Source: a virus
Lineage: Duplodnaviria > Heunggongvirae > Uroviricota > Caudoviricetes
Length of the DNA: 29,524 bases
Reading direction: 5' to 3' (one strand)
Virus record (IMG/VR): IMGVR_UViG_2693429557_000011
Part shown: in pieces, positions 1 to 7,921 of the stretch
How the letters are laid out: each line of letters starts with the position of its first letter
Position numbering within the stretch: the first letter of the stretch is position 1
Notes under the pieces: generated by a model
The model's database searches: none
The model's input: the letters and a program-made list of their open reading frames with translations, nothing else
What the model was told of the DNA's origin: nothing
Position numbers and translations under genes: made by a program

Positions 1-29
1 CAAAGTGATCTACTATTCCGCGCAGCTAT

Positions 30-494
30 TTAGATTCGTCTCGCCTGCCAGAAATTTTTCTGCCAATAGACATTATCAAGTGAGGAACGCATCACTCCCT
101 TGCTGGTAGAGGCGTGGATAAATTGGTTGTTGGTATCGTAAATACCTACATGCAAACCATTTTGTCCGGAACCCGTTTTGAAAAAGACCAGGTCACCAGG
201 CAGCAACTCGTCTTTATCAATTTGCGTGCCGATAGAGGCTTGTTCTTTGGTTTCTCGGGGCAGCTGCAAATCGAAACGATCGCGCATCGTTACAACCACA
301 AATCCCGAACAGTCCACACCGCGCCGCGTCATGCCACCATAACGATACGGCGTGCCATGCCAGCTTTGTAGCTGGTCGTTCAAACCGGCAATAACGGTAA
401 TCGAATCAGAAAGTCTGGCATTTGGCGGCGGTGCTTTATGGTGGCTACACCCGGCCAGAAACAGTGCTGTGATCAAAATAAGGCAGAAACGCAT
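30..494 (-). CDS. nlpC: NlpC/P60-family lipoprotein (154 aa)
   Basis: The N-terminus MRFCLILITALFLAGC has a signal peptide and lipobox. The length and the position immediately downstream of btuD on the same strand match the E. coli btuCED-nlpC arrangement. Confidence 0.85.
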   Translation of the reverse strand: MRFCLILITALFLAGCSHHKAPPPNARLSDSITVIAGLNDQLQSWHGTPYRYGGMTRRGVDCSGFVVVTMRDRFDLQLPRETKEQASIGTQIDKDELLPGDLVFFKTGSGQNGLHVGIYDTNNQFIHASTSKGVMRSSLDNVYWQKNFWQARRI

Positions 495-571
495 TCCGTA
501 CGGTTCCTCTGTTTTTTATTCTTGCATTAATTTAGCGTCGTAATTACCCGATTTTCAAGATACTAATGAAA

Positions 572-1321
572 TCAGATGGTCGAAATCAGCATTCTGTGAC
601 CTTCGATATCCAGACGGCGAAAATTCATCCCATAGGCCTGCGCCAGATTTGGCGGCGTGAGCACCTCTTCTCTGCGTCCACTGGCCAGCATTTTTCCACC
701 TTTTAGCAACCACGCCCGATGCGCATGACGCAATGTGTGGTTGAGATCGTGACTGCTCATCACAATCGCCAGTCCTTGCTGACACAGAGCGCTCAGAATT
801 TTGTCTAACGCACTTTGTTGCGCAACATCAAGACTGTTCATCGGCTCATCAAGAAGCAGCAATTGGCCTGCGGGATTGGCTTGTGGTGTGATTTGCAGCA
901 CCACCGCAGCAAGACGTACGCGTTGCCATTCACCGCCGGAAAGTTGATTGGTGCTACGTCCGAGTTTGTCATCAAGAGCCAGCGCCCCTGCGACATCATT
1001 CAGTAGTTCGGTACGCGTTTTATCGTGCTGATGCAGTGTCAGATAGTGCCAGACCGGCATTGCAAACGGCGGCGTCTGCTGTTGTGAAAGATAGGCGCGA
1101 TGCAGCGCGAGTTTTGTTGCGGACCATGCTTCCAGTGGTTGCCCCGCGAACTGAATACTTCCCTTACCGCTGGTCATTCCGGCCATTCGTGCCAGTAAGG
1201 TACTCTTACCCGCGCCATTCGGCCCCACCAGGTGCAGGATCTCCCCAGCCCGAACCTCGCCAGAAAGTGGCCCCAGGCGGGTAGATTCCGCAACATCCTG
1301 TAACTGCATCACAATAGACAT
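572..1321 (-). CDS. btuD: Vitamin B12 ABC transporter ATP-binding protein (249 aa)
   Basis: Walker [13 protein letters not shown] signature LSGGEWQR and Walker B LLLLDEP are all present. The sequence matches my recall of E. coli BtuD, and synteny with btuE/btuC supports it. Confidence 0.95.
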
Positions 1322-1872
1322 TATTTTGCCAACGCCAGTTTAATGCTTTCCATCACAATGGGGTCTTCCGGCGTCATATCCGGGGAAAAACGCTGGATGA
1401 CCAATCCGTCCCTGCCAACTAAAAATTTCTCAAAATTCCATAAAATATCATCAGGGTACAGCGGTGCACGACCTTTGCTGACCATACGGGCATAGAATCC
1501 GCTCTCTTCCGGCGCGACTGCGGTCGGCGCTGCGGCAATCAATTTTTGATACAGCGGATGGCGTCCTTCGCCGTTAACTTCAATCTTACTGAACATCGGG
1601 AACGTCACCCCCCATGTGGTGGTACAGTAAGTTTTAATCTCTTCATCGCTGCCCGGTTCTTGTTCCAGAAACTGGTTGCACGGGAATCCCAGCACCACAA
1701 AACCTCGATCGGCCCAGGCTTTCTGAATATTCTCCAACTGCTCATATTGCGGCGTTAAGCCACACTTTGAGGCGACATTGACAATCAACAGCACATTACC
1801 GGCGTACTTCTCCAGCGTGGTCACTTCACCGTCGATATCTTTCACTACGGTCGTCAGAATGGAATCTTGCAT
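1321..1872 (-). CDS. btuE: Glutathione peroxidase-family protein BtuE (183 aa)
   Basis: The GPx active-site motif NVASKCGLT is present. The gene lies between btuC and btuD as in E. coli, with a 1-nt stop/start overlap with btuD. Confidence 0.95.
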
Positions 1873-1934
1873 CGTTTCTCCTGGGTGTGGTCAGTAAAAA
1901 TCTTAGCTTTTAATCATAGACCGTCTTTTTGCGG

Positions 1935-2915
1935 CTAACGTCCTGCTTTTAACAATAACCAGATAAACACCGGCGCACCCAACGTTGCGGTGACCACGCC
2001 AATAGGCAGCTCTGCGGCAGCTAATGCCAGGCGCGCTACAATATCGGCCAGCAGCACTGCGCTCGCCCCTGCCAGCGCGCAGCCGGGAAGTAATACGCGA
2101 TGATCGGTTAAACCACACAACCGAAGAATATGTGGGATCACCAGACCAATAAAGCCGATAGCACCCGCCAGCGCCACACTGACGCCAACCATCCAGCCGG
2201 TCGCTGCCACCAGCACATTGCGCCAGAACCACAGGGGTAAACCCAGTTGCCGCGCCGAGATCTCGCCAAGTGCTAACATATTCATCGGCCTGGACTGACA
2301 ACAGATCCACAACAACACGGGGATCAATGCCAGCATCAGCCAGCTTTGCCGCCAGTCTACGCCGCCAAAACCGCCCATCATCCAGTACATCAGCTGACGT
2401 AAATCAACAGAGGTGGAAAAGTAGATAGCCCACGTCATTAGTGCGCTACAGATAATCCCTAATGCAACGCCAGCCAGCAATAACCGACTGGTCGAAAGAT
2501 GACGACGGGCGAAACGTAAGAGTATTAAAGTGATGATAAGCGCGCCAGCAATCGCACACAGCCCTAGCGCCCAGTTGGGGAGTTGCCCTTGCCCAAGCAA
2601 TACCGCGGCGATAAGCCCCACGCCTGCGCCGTTAGAGACGCCAAGTAGTCCAGGTTCTGCCAGAGGATTTTCAAACAACGCCTGCATTACAGCGCCGGAT
2701 ATAGCCAGCGCCGCACCAACCAGCAATACAGCCAGCGTACGTGGCAGGCGAATTTGCCAGACGAACAGTTCGCCACGAGGAGTAAACCAGTCACCTGGCG
2801 AAATCCATTGTTCACCGGCGCAAAGGCTTAAGAGAAGCGCCAGCAGCATCAAAACTGACAGGCATAATAACCAGCGAATATTTTGTCGCTGTTGTTGGCG
2901 GGCAAGTGTCAGCAT
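1935..2915 (-). CDS. btuC: Vitamin B12 ABC transporter permease (326 aa)
   Basis: A polytopic hydrophobic protein of the FecCD permease family, 326 aa like E. coli BtuC, and first gene of the btuCED block. Confidence 0.95.
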   Translation of the reverse strand: MLTLARQQQRQNIRWLLCLSVLMLLALLLSLCAGEQWISPGDWFTPRGELFVWQIRLPRTLAVLLVGAALAISGAVMQALFENPLAEPGLLGVSNGAGVGLIAAVLLGQGQLPNWALGLCAIAGALIITLILLRFARRHLSTSRLLLAGVALGIICSALMTWAIYFSTSVDLRQLMYWMMGGFGGVDWRQSWLMLALIPVLLWICCQSRPMNMLALGEISARQLGLPLWFWRNVLVAATGWMVGVSVALAGAIGFIGLVIPHILRLCGLTDHRVLLPGCALAGASAVLLADIVARLALAAAELPIGVVTATLGAPVFIWLLLKAGR

Positions 2916-2974
2916 GGTATCCGTTCTGCTGAAGTGTCATGGCGTTGATTTTACGGTGACTCTTCGACAGTGAA

Positions 2975-2998
2975 AAGAAAAAAGGCCGCAGAGCGGCC
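2975..2998 (-). terminator. Rho-independent terminator read on the minus strand
   Basis: On the plus strand an A-run (aagaaaaaa) is followed by ggccgc-aga-gcggcc. On the minus strand this is a 6-bp GC stem with a 3-nt loop followed by a U-run. It lies about 110 bp downstream of the moron pair and just upstream of btuC. Confidence 0.6.
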
Positions 2999-3107
2999 AT
3001 AAACACAAACAAAAATCAATAAGTTAGGTAATTATCAAAGACTTACAGACACACAAAAACACAGCCAACCACAACAAATAACAGAGATGTGGTCAATTTG
3101 TGGATCA

Positions 3108-3662
3108 TCAGCCAACAAATTTAGCAACAAATACAGCAACCGCCGCTGTGAAAATGGTTGTGCACACTGGCACAATAATGCCACTCCAACGCCACTTCGT
3201 ATTATCATCAACCTTGTCAAACCGCCGATTCATCTCATCCATAATCTTGTCAAAGCGTTTATCCATCGCTTCGGTAAGCTCACCCTTCAGGCTGTTAATG
3301 TCTGATTTGAGCTGCTCTTTCAGGTTAGCTGTATCAGATTTAAGCTCACCTTTCAGATTCGCAATATCGCATTCAAGATCACCTTTCAGATGTGCTATGT
3401 CTGCTTTGAGTTCACCTTTCACCTCACCAACATCGGCTTTAGTTGAGAGGTTTGTAGTGCGTTCAGCAAGCGTCGCAAGGTCGTTTCTTGTTAGCGATAA
3501 ATCACCTTCGAGCCGCTCAATTCGCCTTTCAAGTTTATCTGACATTCCGCCTCCACTACTGCCGCCATCGCCACCATGATAAAGCACATCACGCTCAGAA
3601 TGCGACACACTACCTGCTGAATTACCGAAAAGATTTCTTGCTACATTACCCATTATCACCAT
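3108..3662 (-). CDS. Coiled-coil, C-terminally membrane-anchored protein with five 11-residue repeats (184 aa as drawn; probably 145 aa from the internal ATG at 3545)
   Basis: The ORF contains five tandem 11-aa repeats (e.g. KGELKADIAHL, KGDLECDIANL, KGELKSDTANL), encoded by 33-bp DNA repeats. The C-terminus WRWSGIIVPVCTTIFTAAVAVFVAKFVG is a single hydrophobic helix. The internal ATG at 3545 has a GGAGG RBS (ggaggcggaATG), whereas the longer start overlaps the upstream gene by 17 nt. Its GC content is low relative to the phage backbone. Confidence 0.7.
   Translation of the reverse strand: MVIMGNVARNLFGNSAGSVSHSERDVLYHGGDGGSSGGGMSDKLERRIERLEGDLSLTRNDLATLAERTTNLSTKADVGEVKGELKADIAHLKGDLECDIANLKGELKSDTANLKEQLKSDINSLKGELTEAMDKRFDKIMDEMNRRFDKVDDNTKWRWSGIIVPVCTTIFTAAVAVFVAKFVG
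3284..3448. repeat. Five imperfect tandem 33-bp repeats (each starting ctttcag on the plus strand) inside the 3108-3662 ORF
   Basis: This is read directly from the sequence, e.g. ctttcaggttagctgtatcagatttaagctcac, ctttcagattcgcaatatcgcattcaagatcac and ctttcagatgtgctatgtctgctttgagttcac. They encode the 11-aa protein repeats. Confidence 0.85.
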
Positions 3663-4146
3663 CCTGCGCTTTGTCTTTCTCCAACCACTTCAGCACCGCA
3701 GACGTACGATAAAGGCTCAGGTAACCACAATTCAGGCAATGCAGCGTGTAATAAGTTTTGCGCATATCAGGTATGCTCTTAACATCACCCAAAAAAGCAT
3801 AAGATACATAATGCTTTATGTTCTCTTTAATTAACTCACTCTGTTCCTCCAGGGGTAGATTGTTAAAATTTTCTGGTTTCTTATTTTTATCCCAGCAAAG
3901 ATCCATACTTTCTGGAACAGATAATCGCGACGATCCACATGAAGGGCAGACACTGGAGACCCCCTTCTCAGACAAGAAACGGAAGAAGATTTCTGGCGTA
4001 ATCTCCATCAGCCGCTCTTTATGTTTTTTGACACGACTCATCGACTTCTTATTGATTTCATCAGCTTCTTCTTTGCATTTATCTTCTATATATTTCGATA
4101 GTAAATAGTCATATAACTCTTTTTTTGTAGGTTTTTTTATTTCCAT
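3646..4146 (-). CDS. Hypothetical zinc-binding protein (166 aa), very AT-rich
   Basis: Two CxxCG motifs (CPSCG and CLNCG) about 70 residues apart are compatible with a four-Cys zinc site, and the N-terminus is K/E-rich. The start ATG lies 2 nt after the int stop codon, with a GGGAGG RBS inside the int 3' end, so it is translationally coupled to int. GC is about 35 percent versus about 52 percent for the phage backbone. Confidence 0.75.
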   Translation of the reverse strand: MEIKKPTKKELYDYLLSKYIEDKCKEEADEINKKSMSRVKKHKERLMEITPEIFFRFLSEKGVSSVCPSCGSSRLSVPESMDLCWDKNKKPENFNNLPLEEQSELIKENIKHYVSYAFLGDVKSIPDMRKTYYTLHCLNCGYLSLYRTSAVLKWLEKDKAQDGDNG

Positions 4147-4148
4147 AG

Positions 4149-5126
4149 TTACATTCCTCCCAAGGGATTAAACCTCACCGCATCCTGCAAGTAATCCGGC
4201 GCAAGATGGGCATAAATCATCGTTGTCTGAATCTTTGCGTGCCCCAGAATTTTCTGGAGCGTCAGAATATTGCCGCCGTTCATCATGAAATGACTGGCGA
4301 AGGTGTGGCGCAGCGCATGAACAGCCTGGCCGTCAGGAACATCAGGTGCGACCGTTTTGATGACATCGCGAACCAATGAATAATCCAGCGTCGGAAACAC
4401 CAGTTTCCCGCCCCGTTTTTTGATCTTTTCAAACAGGCTTTCAGAAATAGGAACGGTACGGTTTTTGCTGTTCTTCGTTTTTGAAAAAGTGATTCGACAA
4501 TGAAGAACACGGCGCTGCTCCAGTGCCGCTACCTCGCCCCATCGCGCCCCGGTCGACAGAAGGATTTCGACGGCCAGCCGTTCATCGGGATTTTCAGCCA
4601 GTGCATCCAGCAACTGAACACATTCAGACTTACTCAGATATCCCATTTCACGCTCGTTAACCTTCATTCCTTTAAGGCCTTGAACGGGGTTATCGTTAAG
4701 AAAATGGCCGGATGAGATGAGTGCGGTAAACATCGCGCTTAACGCCCCAATCTCTCGATTTATGGTGCTGGGCTGTATCCCCTGCTCTATCCTGGACACA
4801 CGTAGCTCGGTGAGCATCGTTGTATTAAGTTTATGCACGCACGGGTCATCCATTGCCTCACTCAAGCGCAGCAATTTAAGGCGCGTGTTATGCCCTGACT
4901 TCATTAGCTGGCCGTGGTATTTCCACCACAAGTCAATAAGCACTGACAGCGGACGGCGATCAATGGAGTTTCCTTTCCACTCATTGTTATGCTGTTGCGC
5001 CAGCACCCACCGCTCATATAAAACTGCATCCGATTTCGTTTTAAATTTTTTGCGAATGCGTTTGCCTTTACGCCCCTCAGGACGCATGTCAAGAAGATAC
5101 CCTCCCGGAATTGATTTTATGCTCAT
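4149..5126 (-). CDS. int: P2-type tyrosine integrase (about 325 aa, starting at the internal Met MSIKSIPGGY)
   Basis: The sequence aligns along its length with my recall of P2 Int (MAIKKLDDGRYEVDIRPTGRNGKRIRRKF vs MSIKSIPGGYLLDMRPEGRKGKRIRKKF). The catalytic region carries ARWGE, HALRH and a Y in MIYAHL. The six-frame ORF extends to 5276, but the homology starts at 5126. Confidence 0.9.
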   Translation of the reverse strand: MSIKSIPGGYLLDMRPEGRKGKRIRKKFKTKSDAVLYERWVLAQQHNNEWKGNSIDRRPLSVLIDLWWKYHGQLMKSGHNTRLKLLRLSEAMDDPCVHKLNTTMLTELRVSRIEQGIQPSTINREIGALSAMFTALISSGHFLNDNPVQGLKGMKVNEREMGYLSKSECVQLLDALAENPDERLAVEILLSTGARWGEVAALEQRRVLHCRITFSKTKNSKNRTVPISESLFEKIKKRGGKLVFPTLDYSLVRDVIKTVAPDVPDGQAVHALRHTFASHFMMNGGNILTLQKILGHAKIQTTMIYAHLAPDYLQDAVRFNPLGGM

Positions 5127-5175
5127 TCGTGAAGCCCCAGCGTTACAAGACCACCATGCCCCCAGCGTTCCATGA

Positions 5176-5487
5176 TTAGCCGGGCTGTGTGCCAGTCTTG
5201 CGGGATTTTTGAGAAGACGATGTGTTTTCTGGCCCATCAGGGGAGAGAGAAGGACTGATCTGCCCAGCAGCCTCATTTGTTTCGTTACTCATCAACCACG
5301 TAGTGTATTTTTTAAATTCCGGGTGCATTGTGATTTTCAGTAAAACCTCCGTTCCCACACCTCGAATACCAGTCTCGTATTGCTTAACCGTACCAACCGC
5401 AATACCTATTGAATCCGCGAACTTTGCCTGACTAAGCCCCTCAGATTCTCGAATTGCTTTTAGCTTCTTTGATATCTCTATTGACAT
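5176..5487 (-). CDS. C: P2 C-type immunity repressor (103 aa, start MSIEISKK)
   Basis: An HTH_XRE-like N-terminus is present, and the C-terminal part (HPEFKKYTTWLMSNE..AGQISPSL) resembles P2 C as recalled (QFTKYTLWFMTNQ..SGQIAPAL). It sits directly upstream of int on the same strand, divergent from cox. Confidence 0.8.
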   Translation of the reverse strand: MSIEISKKLKAIRESEGLSQAKFADSIGIAVGTVKQYETGIRGVGTEVLLKITMHPEFKKYTTWLMSNETNEAAGQISPSLSPDGPENTSSSQKSRKTGTQPG

Positions 5488-5582
5488 GGTGTGCACCTGA
5501 ATACTATATTGGTTATCAGTTGAGTACCACTTGACGCTACAAAGAGCCACAAATAGCACCAGATTGAATAGGTTATCACACC
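5488..5582. promoter_or_regulatory. Lysis/lysogeny switch region with face-to-face Pc/Pe promoters and operators (inferred)
   Basis: This 95-bp divergent intergenic region lies between the C and cox start codons. It is flanked by the inverted repeat catggtgtg / cacaccatg and contains two copies of ggttatca (5511 and 5572) and a TTGACG hexamer at 5531. The assignment is by analogy with the P2 C-cox switch; exact promoters are not resolved. Confidence 0.5.
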
Positions 5583-5861
5583 ATGGCAAAAGTCCTTAAC
5601 ACATACGAACAAGCGGATTTTGAGCGTTTGGCGGCGTTCTACCCATACCGTAATGAACATGGGCTACCGGTACTTGAAGAAAGCCTAGAGGATTATGCGA
5701 AACGCACAAATCAAAGCATTCTCGCTGTAAGAAGGCAGGCTGATAGATCGGTAATTCCCGTTACTCAAGAAGGAAGAAACACAAAACGCAAAGTAAATCT
5801 CTTCGCAATTTTCCTGAAAACCATCAGAAACGCAGAGAAATACGTGCAGATGACAAAATAA
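5583..5861 (+). CDS. cox: Cox-like excisionase / early transcriptional regulator (92 aa)
   Basis: It is the first gene of the rightward early operon, divergent from C, and its size matches P2 Cox (91 aa). It is a small basic protein. The call rests on synteny. Confidence 0.65.
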   Translation: MAKVLNTYEQADFERLAAFYPYRNEHGLPVLEESLEDYAKRTNQSILAVRRQADRSVIPVTQEGRNTKRKVNLFAIFLKTIRNAEKYVQMTK

Positions 5862-5875
5862 CGAGGTGTCATTTT

Positions 5876-6214
5876 ATGCTGAAGCAACGCCGTAATTTTT
5901 GTACCGGAACAGAACGCCACGCTAACCGTTTCACTACCAGTGCATCACGCAGCAACATCCGCTACAGCCTGAGTGATACACACGCAACGCCGGATGGCTA
6001 CCCAGTAAAACAAATCGGCGAGCACGCCTGGCTGATTGAGAAAGCTGGAATCGTGATCCACAAATGCCCACGCAATCCGTTTACCGGAAACCGCATTTTT
6101 GCACTGAGCTGTGGCGACAATCAGTTCGGGCAGGATTTCACATTATACGAAGCACTTCGCACGGTTGATCGTCTGCTTCGCGGGCAAAGTTTTATTAAAC
6201 AGGCTGATTTATAA
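5876..6214 (+). CDS. Hypothetical early-operon protein (112 aa)
   Basis: The ORF is in the early operon after cox. I recognise no family; the start codon is uncertain. Confidence 0.45.
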   Translation: MLKQRRNFCTGTERHANRFTTSASRSNIRYSLSDTHATPDGYPVKQIGEHAWLIEKAGIVIHKCPRNPFTGNRIFALSCGDNQFGQDFTLYEALRTVDRLLRGQSFIKQADL

Positions 6215-6224
6215 CAGGTGCTTT

Positions 6225-6512
6225 ATGACCAAAGACAATGCACAAGGTGTATTTATCCGTTTTATTGATTTTCGCGGTGAACTGTTATTACGTGCATCCG
6301 CTATTGACGGAGTGACTCCGGCGGGTAAAAACGGAGCCGACGAAGCCACTTACGTTTATCTGAACGGCACGCGACTGCTTGTGGAACTTCCGTACCAGAC
6401 CGTACGAGAAATCATCAGCGAAGATGAAAAGGCACGCCAGGTTAATGGCGATGAACCCTATATCGAAATTATTTGTATGGATTCAGAAGCTGAAATACAG
6501 AAAGCAGATTAA
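6225..6512 (+). CDS. Hypothetical early-operon protein (95 aa, start MTKDNAQG)
   Basis: The reading frame occupies the position of P2 orf80. The ATG at 6225 sits in the long ORF 6111-6512. Confidence 0.5.
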   Translation: MTKDNAQGVFIRFIDFRGELLLRASAIDGVTPAGKNGADEATYVYLNGTRLLVELPYQTVREIISEDEKARQVNGDEPYIEIICMDSEAEIQKAD

Positions 6513-6520
6513 AGGGCGTT

Positions 6521-6766
6521 GTGATGGGCAAAGAATATAAAACTCTCATTAACAAAGCACTTGAGCGTTTTTATTTTCGCTTAAGTGCATCAGGCGCTCA
6601 TGCTGAACGTGCGGCCCGTGACTCATTGACCAGAGCAATCCGAAGTCTGTATGACGTGGCTTTTTACGCTGATGATCTGGATGCACTTAACGAACTTTCC
6701 GAGCTGATCTGTGCCGCAGAATGCGGGGAACATATTGAACCGTATAAGCTGGGAAATATCGCATGA
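6521..6766 (+). CDS. Hypothetical early-operon protein (81 aa)
   Basis: The ORF is densely packed with its neighbours. No family is recognised. Confidence 0.5.
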   Translation: MMGKEYKTLINKALERFYFRLSASGAHAERAARDSLTRAIRSLYDVAFYADDLDALNELSELICAAECGEHIEPYKLGNIA

Positions 6767-6876
6767 GTATATTTATTTCATGGCTTGTTCTGATTATTTC
6801 GGTGGTCTGCGCCATTGGGATTATGCGAATTATTAATTCAGTAAAAAAGATTGAACGCTTTTTCACTGAAGAATAA
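6763..6876 (+). CDS. Small predicted membrane peptide (37 aa, MSIFISWLVLIISVVCAIGIMRII...)
   Basis: Its start codon overlaps the stop of the upstream gene (ATGA). It has one hydrophobic helix and is not in the ORF track because it is under 60 aa. Confidence 0.35.
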   Translation: MSIFISWLVLIISVVCAIGIMRIINSVKKIERFFTEE

Positions 6877-6962
6877 CCGCGCAAATAAGACCCCAGGTTA
6901 AATAAGAAAATGTGAAAACAATCCGCATTCGCGGAGGTATTCGCACACGCCAAGGAGGCGTA

Positions 6963-7166
6963 ATGGCAATTAAGCATTTTCCTGTCGTTCGTTTCACCTC
7001 CAGAGGACGTGAATACGAAGTTGACGAACGCCTGATTACCACAATCGACAAACACCGTTCAGAAAAGGATGCACATCATATCTATCTCACTGACGGCACT
7101 TACTTCTGCGCCACCAACGTGGTGCAGGTGAATCTTATCAGACAGGTACAGGAGTCACGCAGATGA
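6963..7166 (+). CDS. Hypothetical early-operon protein (67 aa, start MAIKHFPVV)
   Basis: A strong AAGGAGG RBS sits 5 nt upstream of the ATG at 6963. The longer drawn ORF starts at 6912. Confidence 0.5.
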   Translation: MAIKHFPVVRFTSRGREYEVDERLITTIDKHRSEKDAHHIYLTDGTYFCATNVVQVNLIRQVQESRR

Positions 7167-7408
7167 CCATTCTGGACTACATCGCTGCCAATCCGGGTTG
7201 TAGCAGTGGAGAAATCGCCGCAGCACTGAATACACCAACCACAACCATTAATGCGGAGCTACGCCGTCTCTGGCGCAGCGGTTTAGTCACAAGAAAAGAG
7301 CGCAAAACAGGCGGTCGCTTTTCTTATCAGGTAAACCTGATGCCGTTTGGGTGTAGCAACCCACTAACCCAGATGTTCAACCAGCTACTGAGGGAAATCA
7401 GAGCATGA
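7163..7408 (+). CDS. Small winged-helix-like DNA-binding protein (81 aa)
   Basis: It overlaps the upstream gene by 4 nt. The segment SSGEIAAALNTPTTTINAELRRLWRSGLV resembles an HTH recognition region. Confidence 0.5.
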   Translation: MTILDYIAANPGCSSGEIAAALNTPTTTINAELRRLWRSGLVTRKERKTGGRFSYQVNLMPFGCSNPLTQMFNQLLREIRA

Positions 7409-7549
7409 GCACCTCCAACTGCCGGAAACCACGTCGGGCTTCAGCAGCTCATCCGGCAGCAAAACAAACTCCATTAATTCCTGTTCCGGGCCTTTCCTGC
7501 ACCTTGCGGCGGGAGGCCTTCGCACATCTGTAACAAGAGGATTGCCGCA

Positions 7550-7915
7550 ATGATTCTCGCCAACGACTTTCTTGAATACCTGCTCAACACAGAGCGTGAT
7601 CTTGCCGCTCGCGTGCGTGATCGTTATGACATGTACCTGAAATCCCTGCCTGTACCGCAGCTCGCTGACGGAAAGATTGTTATTGATGGTCGCTACATGA
7701 TTGACAGCCACGAGGGAAATTACAGGCTTTACCGCATTGAAGGTGGCACCCCGTCCGTTATTGGCATTTACCAGCGCCCATCCTCTGCAATCGTCGATGT
7801 GATTGCCGACAGCATCCGCATCACACATCGCCATGCCGACACAGAAGACACCGTGCTGGAAATTCAGCGGCTGGCTACAGTCTGCCGCGACACCCTGAAT
7901 GGCATGACGAAGTAA
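7550..7915 (+). CDS. Hypothetical protein (121 aa) immediately upstream of the replication gene
   Basis: The ORF has an RBS (aagagga). No family is recognised. P2 has gene B (helicase loader) in this region, but I cannot support that identity. Confidence 0.5.
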   Translation: MILANDFLEYLLNTERDLAARVRDRYDMYLKSLPVPQLADGKIVIDGRYMIDSHEGNYRLYRIEGGTPSVIGIYQRPSSAIVDVIADSIRITHRHADTEDTVLEIQRLATVCRDTLNGMTK

Positions 7916-7921
7916 ATCACT

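Noticed and set aside
3284-3448. Tandem repeats as a possible CRISPR array or iterons
   Set aside because: The units are contiguous with no spacers and imperfect. They lie in frame inside a coding sequence, where they encode 11-residue protein repeats.
4717-5175. 152-aa plus-strand ORF
   Set aside because: It is antisense within the integrase gene, so it is spurious.
7406-7534. 42-aa ORF (MSTSNCRKPRRASAAHPAAKQTPLIPVPGLSCTLRREAFAHL) between the wHTH gene and the 121-aa gene
   Set aside because: It has no convincing RBS and a low-complexity basic product. It may simply be intergenic sequence carrying the RBS for the 7550 gene, so it is not called.
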